DNA of 64,000 nucleotides from Octopus sinensis (taxonomy: Eukaryota). Numbering within the stretch: the stretch's first letter is position 1; each line of letters starts with the position of its first letter. Positions 38,249-50,717 of this stretch are shown piece by piece. Location of the stretch: contig NC_043012.1 in the NCBI RefSeq assembly GCF_006345805.1, positions 24,800,001 to 24,864,000 on the forward strand. The letters are read 5' to 3'. Position numbers and translations under genes: made by a program. The notes under the pieces are model-generated. The model worked only from the letters and a program-made list of their open reading frames with translations, did no database searches and had not been told where the DNA came from.

Positions 38249-38919
38249 CCATTGTTCAGTGAACAGTATCGTTGAACTCTATGCCGACAATGAGGCTGCG
38301 TGTTTTGATTGGCTGTCATAGATTTAATTCCGATCAACTGACAGTTATCACTCGCAACGAATGTCATTTTGGGAAGATGGCCAAAGAAAACAGCCAAGAG
38401 ACGGGAGTCAAGCTTTAAATGTTTATCTTCAAAATATATTCCCAGACATAGCCTCAATAACGGAATCTATACGTGGTCACTCGATTTACTAGAAATAACA
38501 GCCAAATTATGCAGAACTGTCTTAGAAAATCACGTAGCACCACCTTTGAAAAATAGACTGTAATTGTAGAAGTGAATTGGATAATGTAGTATTAGATGGG
38601 GGTGGGGGTCATAACAGGAACGCTCTTGTTCATAAAAATTAAGTGATCGATAGATCGATTGGAGATAATGACCAGGGTGTAAACAGCAACAAACCATTTA
38701 AACAATTTTAACTTGGAACCCTTCTGATTATAGGATCTACGTGATCGATCTATCAACCGGCTGAATACACAAGATCTGGGGCTAAACAGCAATAATTAAA
38801 GTGTCTTTTTTATATTACTTGCTGATCTGGAAAAAAGGGACAGTGTCCATAAGTTCGGCATCCTGTCCCCAATTCCCATCCCACACACACTGGTAAGATT
38901 GCTGATGTCGATGTTCTGC

Positions 38920-39030
38920 TTAACACTTTTTAGCATTTAAACTGACCATGCCTGACCCAAATATTCTACCTGTTTTATGTTCAAACAGGCCAGATCCGGC
39001 TTTTCATACCTTCCCAAACGGTTAAATCGT
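38920..39030. mobile_element. Probable DNA-transposon/MITE fragment
   Basis: TTAAC..TTTAGCATTTAAAC..AAATATTCTACCTGTTTTATGTTCAAAC resembles a recurrent terminal sequence; only one end seen. Confidence 0.35.
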
Positions 39031-39199
39031 AGCTCTTCAATACTTGCAGGAACGACAAATGCAAGGAAGAAGACATTCCAAAGAACCGATGTATATACCC
39101 ACGATGGGGATTCCTTTCTTTGATCTACTGAATCAACTGCTCCTGAATTAACTTGTAAGTTAGCCGAGCATTCCACAGACACGTGGACACTGGGAAACC

Positions 39200-39330
39200 T
39201 TAGGAATGAGGAACCGGATTCGAAATATCCCCCAAGACACCTGATGAAGTCTGGAGGGTATATCAGCCGAAACGTTGTGTTAACAACAAACAAAATGAGG
39301 ACAAATATCCGTCAAATGTAAATAATGTAC
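39200..39330 (+). ncRNA. Family A element with minimal hammerhead at 39236-39281 (one stem II mismatch)
   Basis: GACAC CUGAUGA A GUCUG..CAGCC GAAA CG UU GUGUU. Confidence 0.75.
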
Positions 39331-40012
39331 AGCACCAAGGCTTCCCACGAAGTCACCCATTTAAGTACATCTAGATTCCTTGACACCAAACTCCCTTCAT
39401 GTATTTTCTTCATCATATCTACCTTTTCCTGTAGAGAATACACATCACTTTCGTGAAGAAAAAAAACTCATCTGCTTCGTTTGTTAGCATCAAGCGTCTT
39501 CTTATTGCAATGAATGGTAGATTCATTGACACCAAACTCAGGGTCTACAGCAGCGAAGCTTTCACCGTCACGTATTTCCTTGGTCATTTCTACCTTTTCT
39601 TGTAGAGAATACACCCATTTGCTTCGTTTGCTAGGATTCGGCTGTTTTCATATTTTTTTCTATTCATTAGTCCCATATTCATGAGTACGAGGGTGTAAAA
39701 CCGTTAAAAAAACATACGCAGCTTGCAGCAGGTCATGGTAAGCACAAGCAACGGTCAGTGCATTCTGGGTAGCTGAGAACTGTGGGTGGTCACCAGGGCG
39801 TATTGTTGTGTACAAGCAGAATATTTGGCTGATCATCCACCTATGTTATCACGGTTAAATCCGTGATACAAGTCATTGCTCACAACTAAGCGTGGCGTGT
39901 TATTCCGGTTCAGCGATGAATGAAAGAAAGATAAACATTTATTAACCAGGTTTGACGTTGCTCAACTTCCAGTGATCGAACAAGAACTGATTTTCAACGT
40001 GGAATGGCCATA

Positions 40013-40432
40013 GGCGCAGGAGTGGCTGTTTGGTAAGTAGCTTGCTAACCAGCCACATGGTTGCGGGTTCAGTCCCACTGCGTGGCATCTTGGGTAAGTG
40101 TCTTCTGCTATAGCCCCGGGCCGACCTATGCCTTGTGAGTGGATTTGGTAGACGGAAACTGAAAGAACCCTGTCGTATATATGTATATATATATATGTGT
40201 GTGTGTGTGTTTGTATGTCTGTGTTTGTCCCCCTAGCATTGCTTGACAACCGATGCTGGTGTGTTTACGTCCCCGTCACTTAGCGGTTCGGCGAAAGAGA
40301 CCGATAGAATAAGTACTGGGCTTACAAAGAATAAGTCCCGGGGTCGATTTGCTCGACCAAAGGTGGTGCTCCAGCATGGCCGCAGTCAAATGACTGAAAC
40401 AAGTAAAAGAGTAAAGAGAGAGAAAAGAGTAA
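40013..40432 (+). mobile_element. Full-length CORE-type SINE (family C; resembles octopus OR-type SINEs)
   Basis: GGCGCAGGAGTGGCTG head, GGGTTCAGTCCC B box, TCTTGGGTAAG core, (GTAAAAGA)n-like tail. Confidence 0.9.
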
Positions 40433-40983
40433 AACAAGCACCATATTGATTGATAACGAAATTCTAACCTCGGCAGACAGTTCCTAAAACGTTGTCTAAG
40501 AATAATTAACATTTTCCCTAATTGTTACTTTACGCCAAGAAACACACGCGCGCGCACATACACAACGGACAAGCTCAATCCCTCATCATCTATCGACCAG
40601 GTATCATCCCAATTTTGAGACCTTCCGACAATATTGTTCAGCTTGGTTATCAGTAAATATAAGCTGCTGGGGTATGTATATATATATATATTCGTACACA
40701 CACACACACACATATACACATATAGCAATAAGAAAATGTAGGGGATCAATAGAACCACCTATTGATCCCCTCCATTTTCTTATTGCTATATAAATTAATG
40801 GTAAAATATCTCTTTACCTTCACCCATTTAGTACACTCGGTAATGTAATTGCAATGCAATAAAAACACTTGTGTATTAATAATTGGGTATTCTACCAGCA
40901 GTATATTGGATAGATATTATCCCTTAGTGGGTTGGATTCACAACCTCTAACTTTCTTGGAATTATATATATATGTATGTATGT

Positions 40984-41069
<86 letters not shown>

Positions 41070-41149
41070 CGTGTGTGTGTGTGCGTGCGAGCGTGTGTAT
41101 GTACGTTTGTATGTATGTATGTATGTATGTATGTATGTATGTATGTATG

Positions 41150-41900
41150 CATGACGTATGTATTTAAACCTTTGAATTCTTCCTCTGAAGAAGGAACTCG
41201 TTTCTAACAATGCTACAAAGTTCAATCGTTGGAATCGAGATATCGAAAACGATGTCACATCTTAAACCTGCGAAAAGTCTTGCATAGTTTGACTGTTCCG
41301 CTTACAGATTGTATTTGGAATGTGCGAATCTGTTTGATTAATTTTTTTTTTCTGAATATCCAAGCTTATCCAGACTGACACTTAGGTATTTACTTACAAA
41401 GCCAAATGCTCCAATTATTATTCGTTTAAATATAAATTTGTAATCCGGGTATAGAAGCTGGGGCTTTCGAAGCAGTTATCCATAGTTATCTTCTTTCTCT
41501 TTGATTTTCAAAGATATTTACATCAGCAGGAAGCTGACCTCTATGACGGGACATATGTTTCCTTGTCTGCCCCAAACAACGATATCTGGTCTGTTATGCT
41601 TACACTCGACAGATGATTTGATGGGAATGTTCCACCATTATTCCTTGTGCTGGTATTTGCGTACGTAGTCAATAACAGGAGCATTCTCTCTAGTCATTCC
41701 AGGACAGTCTTTTTTTTTTCCAAATAGCATTGTATATTGTTTTTGAGACAACGTCGTGTCGCATAGGGATGTAGTACTTTGATGACATTTTTGGGCAGCT
41801 GCTAATCACGGGTGTGATGTCTTCTACGGAAATATGACATAATCCACATTTAAGGTTGCATCTTAGAACTCCAATGGCCTCATTGCCTCTTTTGTTGATT
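41150..41900 (-). mobile_element. 3' part of an RLE-type (R4-like) LINE ending in (TACA)n
   Basis: CGLCHISVEDIT..SSCPKMS..YY..RHD..WWN..HNRPDIVVW..IEVS..KEK..LYPDYKF..IIGAFG..GTVKLCKTF. Confidence 0.82.
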
Positions 41901-42225
41901 AGGTATGTATGTACGCATGTAGCAGTTATATGTTACTAATAGATATAGCGGATGCAGTGGGTATTAGTCCTGATCGCAGATTAGTTCGTATGACAGCGTG
42001 ATATATACGAAACAAATTTTTCTTAGGGGGTCTATTTCACTCGTCACAATTTGTCTTGTTAGAAGTAGCGTACAGAGGCTGTAGCAGTCACTTGTTTTCT
42101 AGTGGTAAGGCTCACAAAGTTTTAGTAATGTCTTTGTCAGATGTAAGTGCTAGAGAGAGAATGAGAAGGGGTGAAGGAAGAGAGAGAGAGGGGGGAAAAG
42201 AGAGGTTAGTGCTAGACAGAGATAG

Positions 42226-42382
42226 ACGTACAAGAAGAAACTTCATTCGCCGAAATGCCGGGAAAAAAAGAGTGAGGCATGTTCCTCCAACAGAGTGCCG
42301 GGTGAAAGCGAGAGAGCACTGTTCTAATGGCAACGTGCCGGGTGAAAAAAAGAAAGAGTTCCGTTTGGGTTCTGTATTTATA
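42226..42382 (-). promoter_or_regulatory. Candidate TATA promoter and short first coding exon (MKFLL followed by GTACGT)
   Basis: TATAAATA at 42382-42375, ATG at 42246, donor-like GTACGT at 42231-42226; no downstream exon identified. Confidence 0.25.
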
Positions 42383-42643
42383 TACATTCAAAAGCTGAAA
42401 GTAGGTCTGGTTAACAAAAGATAGTGGATGCGTTTATTTATAAGTGAAATAAATTTAGCGTATGATATTCAGTCGAACGGAGCGTGACAGTTGGCACTCA
42501 TAAATTTCCAAGTACAAATGCCGAAAACCATGGATGAAGCTTACAGATAAAACCTAGACAAAGGTTTCGATATCTGGCTAAGACTCCAGGAAACTAACCG
42601 TTTCCTCTATGTATCTATGTATCTATGTATGTATGTATCTATG

Positions 42644-42677
<34 letters not shown>

Positions 42678-42724
42678 GCTATCTATCTATCTATCTATCT
42701 ATCTGTCTATCTATCTATCTATCA

Positions 42725-42794
<70 letters not shown>

Positions 42795-42877
42795 ATGTAT
42801 GTATGCATATATATATATATTATATATATATATGTGTGTGCGTGTGTATGCATGTATATCAAAAGGATGTATGTATG

Positions 42878-42912
<35 letters not shown>

Positions 42913-43068
42913 ATGCATGTATATCAAAAGGATGTATGTATGTATGTATATATCAAAAGGATGTGTTATAATACTATTCCTCATATACAAAAAACAGGCA
43001 TACCAACAGTCCAACATATTTCCATCATCAGCTGCCCCACAGATATCATTATCGTTTCGACACCTGGG

Positions 43069-43114
<46 letters not shown>

Positions 43115-43759
43115 CGCTATTTGTTTTAGAGACTAATTAATGTACGTAATCATACCGTTATGTCAATCTTAAACCAAATATTTCATTTTTAAACAGCTTT
43201 TCAATGTTCCCTTCACTATGTTATATTTCATGCGAATGGCGTCTGTAATTTACATTCATATAAGTTTACGCAGCGATTGCATCATCAATTTTTTGGGTAA
43301 GTTATGGTAAGTTCCTGAAAGTCTAGCAGAGCTGGATTCCGAACATCCCGAGAGAATGGGGGTGGGGAAATGAAAGAAAAAATATATTTCTGTTTATGAA
43401 CTAATTTTCTTTCACCGCATATTTCATCTCATTTTATTTCGCTTATGGATTAAATAAGCTTTCTCTTACGTAACTAGATTTGGTTCATTTCTCTTTCCTT
43501 CCTCCCTCAATCTATCTATCTATCTTTCTAAATCTCTGTCTCTCTATCACTCTTCATTCAATTATACTCTTCCTCCAGATCTCTTTCCTTCTTTCTTTCT
43601 CTTCTTTATGTCGTCTGCTCTTATCTCACTTCCCGCTTTCTTTCAATTATATCTTTCCTCATTGAGGCTTTTTTTATCTTTTCCTCTTAGTATTTTTTTT
43701 ATCTTACTTCTTTGTTTTTCTTTCTCCACCTGTTTATCTCCTCCCACAAAAATACTCAT

Positions 43760-43824
43760 ATCTCTCTCTCTTTCTCTCTCTCTCTCTCTTTCTTTCTCTC
43801 TCTCTCTTTCTCTTTCTCTCTCTT

Positions 43825-43868
<44 letters not shown>

Positions 43869-44030
43869 ACCCTCTCTTTCTCTTTCTCACTCTCTCTCTC
43901 TTTCTCTTTCTCACTCTCTCTCTCTTTCTCTCTCTTTCTCTCTCTCTCTTTCTCACTCTCTCTCTCTCTTTCTCTCTCTCTTTCTTTCTCACTCTCTCTT
44001 TCTCTTTCTCTCTCTTTTTCTCTCTCTCGC
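43760..44030. repeat. (CT)n-rich tract
   Basis: Direct sequence. Confidence 0.95.
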
Positions 44031-44817
44031 TCTCAGTATATTTGTGTGTATGTGCGTATATTCCTTACTCTCCATTTGTCTCTCTCCTACTTCGTCTTCT
44101 CACACTGCATCCTTCTTTTGTTCACCCGCTCTCTCTCTATATCCCCACACCGCGTCTCCTTACGTCTGTTTCTGCTCATGCGCACACACATCTATGTGCC
44201 CTCTCCCTCTCCACTCTCTCCACCATGCTTCTACCTTCTGCTTTTTCTTCGCACTTCATTTTCTTTCACAAACGTCGTTGTCTTCCTTTCTCTCTATTTA
44301 TAAGTGTGCACACTCAAGCGTATCACGTGAATCTGTTACAGCTTTCCCCCTGTCAGTCTGCTGTTCTCTCCTCCGCTCAACCCACCCCTCCATGCACCCA
44401 TATCTTACAAACTGCCTTCAAACATATCGAGAAATACCGCAACCCTGTCGTCGGACGGACAGACGTCTTGACAAAACATTGCCGCAAATATTCAGACAAG
44501 ACAAGAGATTTCAACAGAACACCGACAGATTAAACTAAAGAATTTTACTGACGCAAAATTCGAGAACACGAAATAAGAAAATAAATAAATTATTATAAAG
44601 ATTAATTTCTGAATAGGCACATGGCCAAAGTTTTCGTGAAAGAAAATATATATATAGGAACAGACATGGCGTGTGATTAAGCAATGCGCTTGGCAACAGA
44701 GTGGTTCAGTCCCACTGCGTGGCACCTTGGACAAGCCGGCCAATATCTTGTTAGTGAATTTGGTGAACGGAATCTATATGGAAGCCCGACATGCACACAC
44801 ACACACATACAAACATG

Positions 44818-45090
44818 ATGAAAATTTTCAAAAACTTTCCAAAATTTTGATCAAAATATTCAAAAAACTTTTCCAAAATTTTGATCAAAATTTTCAAAAA
44901 TATTCAGAAAATTTTTCAGTAATTTTGATGAAAATGTTCAAAATACTTTCCAAAATTTTGATCAAAATTTTCAAAAAACTTTTCCAAAATTTTGATCAAA
45001 ATTTTCAAAAATATTTAAGAAAATTTTCAAAAAACTTTTCCAAAACTTTGATCAAAATCTTCAAAAAACTTTCCAAACTTTTCAGAAAAT
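44818..45090. repeat. Minisatellite with a unit of about 34 bp made of A/T tracts (TTGATCAAAATTTTCAAAAAACTTTTCCAAAATT)
   Basis: About 7-8 imperfect units. Confidence 0.9.
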
Positions 45091-45159
45091 ATAATATAAT
45101 ATAATATAATATAATATAAAGATATACATACATACATACATACATACTACATACATACA

Positions 45160-45195
<36 letters not shown>

Positions 45196-45197
45196 TA

Positions 45198-45440
45198 CAG
45201 GGCGGTGCAAAAGTAGGCATACAATTATGAAAAAAGAAAACACGTACAATTCTCATTTATTTTTATCAAAAAAATTAAAATTTACGATAAAAATATTATT
45301 ATAGTTATGATAAATATATCATTATGATTTATGACACAAAATATATCAAAAATGAGGCTAACCAATTTAATGTGCCGATAATTTTAATGAATTTAGTATC
45401 ATAACATTGAAATGGTTGTACCTATTTTTGCACCCCGCTG
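45198..45440. mobile_element. Tc1/mariner-type MITE, 243 bp
   Basis: TIRs CAGGGCGGTGCAAAAGTAGG / CCTATTTTTGCACCCCGCTG, with TA on both flanks. Confidence 0.75.
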
Positions 45441-45489
45441 TATATATATGAATGTATGTGTATGTACGGATGTATATATGCAAGTATGT

Positions 45490-45920
45490 ATATGACGTGC
45501 TTCTTTCAGTTTCCATCTACCAAATCCTCTTCCAAGACTTTGGTTGGCTTTGAGCGATAGTAGAAGATACTTGCCTAAGTTACCGCGCAGTGAGACTGAA
45601 CCCAAAATCACGAGGTTGAGAAGTGAGCTTCTTAAACACACAGTCATACTTGCTCCTAAATAATTAGACATTCATAACGAAATATTGAGAAATCTGTAAA
45701 TACGACAATTTTCGTTTTGTTCTTTTCTTCTTTTACTGTTGAGACTATAGCCGCAGTTATTTCATAATTGGCATTAATAATTTTTGACTTCAAATTCTGC
45801 GGATGTTGACTTTGCCTTTCATTCTTTCGGGGTCGAAAAATTAACTACCACTACTGAGGTCGATCTAATCGACTAGCCCCCTCCTCAAAAAATTTCGGGT
45901 CTTCTGTCTAGAGTAGAAAA
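45490..45920. mobile_element. SINE fragments (family C minus strand 45490-45660; family M plus strand 45790-45920)
   Basis: Similarity to intact copies. Confidence 0.7.
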
Positions 45921-46259
45921 TAATATTTTTTGAGTACTTTTCGAGAAAATACTTCGTTATGACCAGCTATGATGTACTCTGTGGAGTACGTATGTGTATC
46001 ATTACCGAGTGCAAAGCATATGTGTGTATATGTATTTATGTTTATGTATATGCTTATGTATGTACACACACACACATATATATATATATATATTATATAT
46101 ATATATATATATATATGCGTGTATGAGTTAGTGTTGGTGAGCGTTAATGTATAAACATGCATTGTACTTATATTAGTGTATTTGCGATGACGTATATTTA
46201 CATACACACAGACACACACACGCACACACATACACACACACACATACACACACACACAC

Positions 46260-46310
<51 letters not shown>

Positions 46311-46886
46311 TATATATATATAACACCGTAAGTAAATTAATTAATTAATAAATCATTCACTTTTCAGTAATTAATTTTAAGCTTTAGACACAGATTCAAT
46401 TCATTTCTTGTTCTCTCTGATTTCCTGTGTAGGTTTATTCAAACCTGATTGCATTTCTTTATATTTACCTCATTCTTCTTTTTCCATCTTCCATTCCTGT
46501 TTTTCAATCAACTTAATCAAGTGTTGTTATATGCTTTATCTATTCTTTCCTTTTTTTTACTGTTTTTATAACAATATCCTTCCTACGATGTTTTTCTTCT
46601 TTTTTTTTTACAACACTTTATTTAATATTATCTCAACTACAGTTCTTTTCTTTTCACTTCTTTTCATCTTTTAAATAATCTTTTTTTTTTTCGCTTCTTT
46701 CTCTAATTTCTTTCTCTCTTTTTCTTCTTTTCCTCTCACTTTCTTTTTAAACTGACTTTCATCTAAATATTCAAAATATTATCGGTATAGACTCGGAAAG
46801 ATAATGAAATGCCAATAATGTTGAAAACCATAAACAGACATAATCCGTTTCTCATTATCATTATTATAATAATAATAATAATAATA

Positions 46887-46946
<60 letters not shown>

Positions 46947-47248
46947 GTTGTTGTTATTGTTGTTGTTGTTATTGTTGTTGTTACTGTGTTTGTGTAAGTC
47001 AGACGTGTTACGTCTCGTTCTCCAAATTCTTGGATTTATCGATTGAAATTAAGTGGAAAATAGTTTTATTTAATGCAGAATTTCTACATAGAAAGGTAAT
47101 TAATTAATTGTTTGCATCATTTCTTCCCGTTTGGTTAAAAAAAAAGACAATTAATTTGCGAAGAAAATATTTTTCTTCATTCTTAAACAAACAAAATGTC
47201 TTCTCTCAGGCAGAACAGCCCTAAAATCTCAAAATTTTTCCTTACGAA

Positions 47249-47302
<54 letters not shown>

Positions 47303-47332
47303 CATTATTATTATTATTATCACTATTATTAA

Positions 47333-47535
47333 GGTGGCGAGTGGCAGAATCGGCAGCTGGACAAAATGCTAAGCAACATTTCTTCCGGTTTTACGATCTG
47401 AGTTTAAAATCCACTGTGGTCTATTCTGCCATTCATCTTTTCGGGATTGATAGAATAAGTACCAGTTGCGTACTGGGGCCGATGTAATCGACCTACTCCG
47501 CCCCCAATCTTCCTAACCTAGTGCCAAAATTTAAA
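47333..47535 (+). mobile_element. SINE family M in a (TTA)n tract
   Basis: AAGGTGGCGAGTGGCAGAATC head and body. Confidence 0.75.
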
Positions 47536-47557
47536 ACCATTATTATTATTATTATTA

Positions 47558-47595
<38 letters not shown>

Positions 47596-47597
<2 letters not shown>

Positions 47598-48130
47598 GAG
47601 TGAGAGAGCAGTGCATGCCATCAAAGTGACACTGGGGTAAAATATACGAAGCCCAATATACCCATCATGACTACCCGTCTGATAAAGGTACACCAGGCAC
47701 ATGCATCACAACCATATGTGCGCGACATGGTGATCTCAGATCAAGATAAACAGCACATGACCTTGCAGGTGGGGCCCAGTTAGAATTTTCTTCAGGTTGA
47801 GTAGCCCATCCCGCTCAAACGGTCCCTGAATAAGGGTTGCTTAAGGATGTTGAAAGAACCACCCATGTTTCCAGAGGTGAACTATTCAAACCCCAAAGAA
47901 TCCCTCTCAACACATGGCTATGATGCTCCCTCACTACTTCTGCTCGTGATCAGAGATGCACATATCGTCAGCCACTAAGGGACATACTCAACTGGTTAAG
48001 GTCAAACAACTGACAAGCAAATCTGTGGTATTGAGCAGAATATTTGCCCATCTTTTATACCAAGACAAAACAATGTACATGATAACACTTCCAATCAGTT
48101 AAGATCAGAGGCCATGAGAGCCACTGCCTG
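47596..48130 (-). mobile_element. Unclassified non-coding element of about 560 bp inserted in (TAA)n, copy 1
   Basis: High identity to 48842-49400; ends CTCTCTCACTC(AAT)n. Confidence 0.8.
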
Positions 48131-48240
48131 TATTATTATTATTATTATTATCATTTTTATTATTATTATTATCACTATCATATTATTATTATTATTATTA
48201 TTATTATATTATATTATTATTATTATTATTATTATTATTA

Positions 48241-48278
<38 letters not shown>

Positions 48279-48279
48279 C

Positions 48280-48430
48280 ACTTCAACTATAGGCACCAGG
48301 CCCGGAATTTTGGGAGAGAAGTTAAGTTGATTATATCGACCCCAGTGTGTAACTGGTACTTATTTCATCAACCCCAAAAGGATGAAAGGCAAAGTCGATC
48401 TCAGCTGTATTTGAACTCGGAACGTAAAAA
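48280..48430 (-). mobile_element. SINE family M fragment
   Basis: ATCGACCCCAGTGTGTAACTGGTAC..GGATGAAAGGCAAAGTCGA. Confidence 0.75.
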
Positions 48431-48435
48431 CAAAC

Positions 48436-48500
<65 letters not shown>

Positions 48501-48502
<2 letters not shown>

Positions 48503-48784
48503 TCACCTCTGGAAACATGGGTGTTTCGTTTAACATCCTTAAACAATCCTTATTCAGGGACCTTTTGAGCGGGATGGGTTACTCGACAGAAGAAAATTCT
48601 AACTGGGCCCCACCTGCAAGGTCATGTGCTGTTTATCTTGATATGAGATCACCCTGTCGCGCACACATGGTTGTGATGCATGTGCCTAGTGTACCCTTAT
48701 CAGACGGGTAGTCATGATGGGTATACTGGGCTTCGTATATTTTACCCCAATGTCACTTTGATGACATGCACTGCTCTCTCACTC

Positions 48785-48785
<1 letters not shown>
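48501..48785 (+). mobile_element. (TAA)n-embedded element, copy 2, 5'-truncated
   Basis: Matches the 3' half of copy 3; (AAT)n on both flanks. Confidence 0.8.
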
Positions 48786-48841
<56 letters not shown>

Positions 48842-48845
<4 letters not shown>

Positions 48846-49400
48846 GCCCTGATGCCGTACCAGGCAATGGCTCTCATGGCTTCTGATCTTAACTGATTGG
48901 AAGTGTTATCATGTACATTGTTTTGTCTTGGTATAAAAGATGGGCTACAGCAAATATTCTGCTCAATACCATAGATTTGCTTGTCAGTTGTTTGACCTTA
49001 ACCAGTTGAGCATGTCCTTAGTGGCTGACGATATGTGCATCTCTGATCACGAGCAGAAGTAGTGGGGGAGCATCATAGCCATGTGTTGAGAGGGATTCTT
49101 TGGGGTTTGAATGATTCACCTCTGGAAACATGGGTGGTTCTTTCAACATCCTTAAACAACCCTTATTCAGGGACCGCTTGAGCGGGATGGGCTACTCAAC
49201 CTGAAGAAAATTCTAACTGGGCCCCACCTGCAAGGTCATGAGCTGTTTATCTTGATATGAGATCACCATGTCGCGCACATATGGTTGTGATGCATGTGCC
49301 TGGTGTGCCCTTATCAGACGGGTAGTCATGATGGGTATATTGGGCTTCGTATATTTTACCCCAGTGTCACTTTGATGGCATGAACTGCTCTCTCACTCAA
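48842..49400 (+). mobile_element. (TAA)n-embedded element, copy 3 (longest)
   Basis: (AAT)n on both flanks. Confidence 0.8.
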
Positions 49401-49689
49401 TAATAATAATAAAATAATAATAATAATAATAATATTCCTTTCTACTATAGGCACAAGTCTGAGTCGATTACGTCGACCCCAGTGCTTAACTGGTGCTTAT
49501 TTTATCGACCACGAAATGATGAAACTCAATGTTGACCTCGGAGGAATTTGAACTCGGAGTAATAGTAATGATAATTATAATAATTTGTAAAGATTAACGT
49601 AACTCATTGCGAAGGTAAATAAACAATAATAAGAGCAGGATATAACTTGTAATAAATAGAGATTATGGAATCGAACAATATTTCGACGG

Positions 49690-49712
49690 TAGGGTTAGGG
49701 TTAGGGTTAGGG
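49690..49712 (+). repeat. Interstitial telomere-type repeat (TTAGGG) x about 4
   Basis: TAGGGTTAGGGTTAGGGTTAGGG. Confidence 0.85.
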
Positions 49713-50070
49713 TGGCTGTGTGGTTCCGGGTTCAGTCCCACGGCGTGGCACCTTGGGCAAGTGTCTTCTACTATAGCCTCGGGCCGACCAAAGCCTTGTG
49801 AGTGGATTTGGTAGACGGAAACTGAAAGAAGCCCGTCGTATATATGTATTTATATATGTATATGTGTATATGCGTGTATGTTTGTATTTGTCCCCTAGCA
49901 TTGCTTGACAACCGATGCTGGTGTGTTTATGTCCCCGTCACTTTGCGGTTCGGCAAAAGAGACCGATAGAATAAGTACTGGGCTTACAAAGAATAAGTCC
50001 CGGGGTCGAGTTGCTCGATTAAAGGCGGTGCACCAGCATGGCCGCAGTCAAATGACTGAAACAAGTAAAG
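49712..50070 (+). mobile_element. CORE-type SINE (family C) with a deleted head segment
   Basis: CCTTGGGCAAGTGTC core and full tail. Confidence 0.88.
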
Positions 50071-50266
50071 AGTATGTCCATCGTCTTCGGGATCAAAATA
50101 AAAATTAAAAGAACGCAGATATACAGAAATTCAAAATTTGAACCGAAATATCCTGTATTTCTCTTTAGACAAAAATGTTGTCATCAGTTTTCAGTCACAA
50201 GAAAAAAGGGAAAAAAGGAAAAGAAAGAAAGAAAGAAACGTGGAAAGAGAACACTCAGTCAAAATA

Positions 50267-50639
50267 TCTTTATATATAAAAGTGAAGTTGTGTGTCTGTC
50301 TCCTACGATTTAGATTCCTAACTACTCCCACATTTTGCGGTGCAGTTTAACCAAAACTAGGTATCTTTTGGGTATTAGCGCGCGCCTTCGATGAGTCTAC
50401 GATTTTAAAAAAAATTACCATCATTTTTTTCCATTTTAATGCATTTTTTTCGCTATTATATAAGGGAAGTAAATCTCTAAAAATGTCTACGATGAGTCAA
50501 CGATTTAAAAAAAAAATTACCATCATTTTTTTTTCCATTTTTAATGCATTTTTTTGTTATATTTTGGCTATAACTCTCTAAAAATGCTTATATCGTTATT
50601 TCCCTTACAAACCCGAGCAACGCCGGGCGATACTGCTAG
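50267..50639 (+). mobile_element. Non-autonomous Helitron
   Basis: A|TC start, subterminal hairpin CCCGAGCAACGCCGGG (50612-50627), CTAG|T end. Confidence 0.88.
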
Positions 50640-50717
50640 TTTTGTATAAATGTGATGGAATTCATCTGTTATTTTTGCATTCTCTCCAAGGTGTGACGTT
50701 AGTACTTTACAAATATA

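Noticed and set aside
41165-41245. CTGAAGA..hairpin..GAAAACG resembling a hammerhead on the plus strand
   Set aside because: Stems I and III do not pair; the hairpin is better explained as the 3' UTR stem-loop of the minus-strand LINE.
42990-43070. Minus-strand GAAAC..CTGATGA in type II hammerhead order
   Set aside because: No valid stem II or stem III pairing and no GUH site.
43197-43296. 100-bp exon-like segment with good acceptor and GTAAGT donor
   Set aside because: The open frames match nothing I recognise, and such signals are frequent by chance in AT-rich DNA; needs RNA-seq.
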